Position numbers and translations under genes: made by a program. This document shows, piece after piece, positions 62,276 through 64,000 of a DNA stretch of 64,000 nucleotides. Source of the stretch: an uncultured cyanobacterium (GTDB lineage: Bacteria > Cyanobacteriota > Cyanobacteriia > Cyanobacteriales > CAWCAG01); the NCBI GenBank assembly GCA_963803805.1, contig CAWDOD010000006.1, forward strand, positions 128,001 through 192,000, in the 5' to 3' direction. Under the pieces are notes generated by a model. That model worked only from the letters and a program-made list of their open reading frames with translations. It was not told the origin of the DNA and made no database searches. How positions within the stretch are numbered: the stretch's first letter is position 1; each line of letters begins with the position of its first letter.

Positions 62276-62959
62276 ATGAAAATACTTTTAGTTGATGATG
62301 AAGCGGAATTAACTAAACCATTAACCCAGGTACTGTCCCAAGAAGGTTATAAAATAGATGTAGCTGATAACGGTGAGGTGGGAATTGGTTTAGCTCAAGT
62401 AAATGATTATGATCTACTCATCTTAGACTGGATGTTACCCCAATATTCTGGATTAGAAGTTTGTCAAAAACTACGCTCTCAAGGAAACACTACACCTGTT
62501 CTTTTTCTCACAGCCAAAGATACTATAGATGATCGGGTAATAGGTTTGGATGCTGGAGCTGATGATTACTTAGTTAAACCTTTTGAACTACGAGAACTAT
62601 TAGCTAGAGTTCGGGCATTGCTGAGACGTTCTCCTGGCTTAGATTCCTCTTCAACAATGCCCCGTCTCCAAGTCGCTGATTTAGAATTAGAACGAGAGAA
62701 TCAATTAGCTTATCGACAAGGAAGGGTGATCGAACTTTCAGAAAAAGAAGTTAAGTTACTTGAATATTTTATGGCTCATCCTGGGCAGTTGCTGACTCAT
62801 AAACATATTTACCATTACCTTTGGTCAAAACAAGAACAACCGAGCAGTAATGTTCTCGCAGCCTTGGTACGTCTTTTGCGCCGTAAAGTCGAAGCCAAAG
62901 GAGAAAAACCTTTAATTCATACTGTATATGGCAAAGGCTATCGTTTTGGAGATAGTTAA
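62276..62959 (+). CDS. OmpR-family response regulator, ManR-like by recall
   Basis: LDWMLP, FLTAKDTIDDRVIGLDAGADDY, SSNVLAALVRLLRRK, TVYGKGYRF. Confidence 0.85.
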   Translation: MKILLVDDEAELTKPLTQVLSQEGYKIDVADNGEVGIGLAQVNDYDLLILDWMLPQYSGLEVCQKLRSQGNTTPVLFLTAKDTIDDRVIGLDAGADDYLVKPFELRELLARVRALLRRSPGLDSSSTMPRLQVADLELERENQLAYRQGRVIELSEKEVKLLEYFMAHPGQLLTHKHIYHYLWSKQEQPSSNVLAALVRLLRRKVEAKGEKPLIHTVYGKGYRFGDS

Positions 62960-62962
62960 TCT

Positions 62963-63076
62963 CTAGTTGCGAACTTTGTGATCCTTATTAAGTTTAGATT
63001 GTTTGTCACTGAACAAAGTTTCCAGGGTTACAGCAAAGTAAGTTACATAACCCATCAAAAATAAAAGTCCTAGCAT
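62963..63076 (-). CDS. Putative 37-aa small membrane protein, not in the ORF track
   Basis: MLGLLFLMGYVTYFAVTLETLFSDKQSKLNKDHKVRN*; GGAGGT RBS 7 nt upstream of the ATG. Confidence 0.55.
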   Translation of the reverse strand: MLGLLFLMGYVTYFAVTLETLFSDKQSKLNKDHKVRN

Positions 63077-63251
63077 AAGTCTTACCTCCGCTTTTGATTT
63101 CTAGTTTCATTTGTGGATACACCCGAATAGTTTTCTTTTCCGGATATTTTTCTTAGCAAAGGTGCTATTGATTTAATTTGCATCCAAATCCTATCTTAAG
63201 GCCCTAATGAAGATTTTGGTTTTTATAACCAGGAAATTAAATGATTTTTCC

Positions 63252-64000
63252 CTATTGATCACGATTAAGGGGTAACAGCACCCGAAAAACTGTTCCCTTG
63301 TCTAATTCAGTCTCTACTTTAATTTCTCCTCCTTGTAACTCTAAGGCATTCTGCACAATAGCTAGCCCTAAGCCAGTGCCTTGAATATTTCCCACATTAC
63401 TGCCACGATAAAAAGAATCAAATAACTTATCTAGTTCTTTTTGAGGAATGCCTATACCCCGATCTTTAATTGTAAAAATTGCTTGTTCCTTTTGTACAGA
63501 AAGACGTAAATCAATGGTTTCTCCTTCCGGGGAGTATTTGAGAGCATTAGAAAGTAAGTTGGTAAGAACTTGCCCCAATAAATTCTCATCTACAACTGCC
63601 CGGAGCTGTTCTTGAGGAGAAGTAAAATGAATAGTTTGATTACTAGTAATACGAACCTTAAGCTGTTCTAGAGTCTCTCGGCAAAAATCAACTAAATCCA
63701 AAGGAACAGGATTAAACTCTAACTTACCTGCTTCAGCTTGACCTACTAACAACATATCATTAAGTAAGGTAATCATTTGGGAAATAGAGGCTTGGATACG
63801 TTGGAAATTTTTGCGTTTTTTAGGCTCTAAATGATCCCCTTCGTATAACTCCAATAATTCAGTGCAGGAACGGATAATAGTTAAGGGAGTACGAAATTCA
63901 TGGGAAACTGTGGAAATGACTTTCGATTTCAATTCATTAACTTCTTCAGACTTTGCCAATGCTTCCTTAACTTTAGCTTCAGCTTTTTTCTGACCATCTA
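63252..64000 (-). CDS. Histidine kinase, C-terminal part (5' end lies beyond the window)
   Basis: VSHEFRTPLT, NLLSNALKYS, DRGIGI, GTGLGL; frame is open to the window edge (..DGQKKAEAKVKEALAKSEE). Confidence 0.9.
   Translation of the reverse strand, partial: DGQKKAEAKVKEALAKSEEVNELKSKVISTVSHEFRTPLTIIRSCTELLELYEGDHLEPKKRKNFQRIQASISQMITLLNDMLLVGQAEAGKLEFNPVPLDLVDFCRETLEQLKVRITSNQTIHFTSPQEQLRAVVDENLLGQVLTNLLSNALKYSPEGETIDLRLSVQKEQAIFTIKDRGIGIPQKELDKLFDSFYRGSNVGNIQGTGLGLAIVQNALELQGGEIKVETELDKGTVFRVLLPLNRDQ

Overview
Cyanobacterial chromosomal window, AT-rich, with more than 20 HIP1 octamers (GCGATCGC) and several STRR-like heptamer runs. Core content: S8 protease, SLC13 permease, mlaE, a pilGHIJ-type taxis operon with divergent hmpF, plsY, an ndhR/ccmR-like LysR gene, thrS, feoA-like gene, murQ, site-2 protease, SRP RNA, menF/menA/menD, D-lactate dehydrogenase, tRNA-Thr(UGU), an SLH porin, two TPR paralogs, chlB, sphR-sphS-sphU, Mn catalase and several two-component genes. 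Two accessory elements stand out. (1) A solo Y1/HUH (IS200/RAYT-like) gene at 42659-43111 has, directly upstream, a tandem array of six 211-212 bp units. Each unit holds an inverted pair of double-hairpin REP-like elements. (2) A three-gene locus at 25.3-34.0 kb ends in a 1914-aa DExH/DUF1998-type helicase, resembles a reduced Druantia defence system and sits next to the SRP RNA gene. Also noted: a small NPC-repeat lipoprotein with 11-bp-phased upstream repeats opposite a cupin/kinase pair, an unannotated 37-aa ORF, two apparent +1 frameshifts and a HIP1 site interrupted by a 24-nt insert. All family assignments come from motif recognition and recall; no database searches were run.
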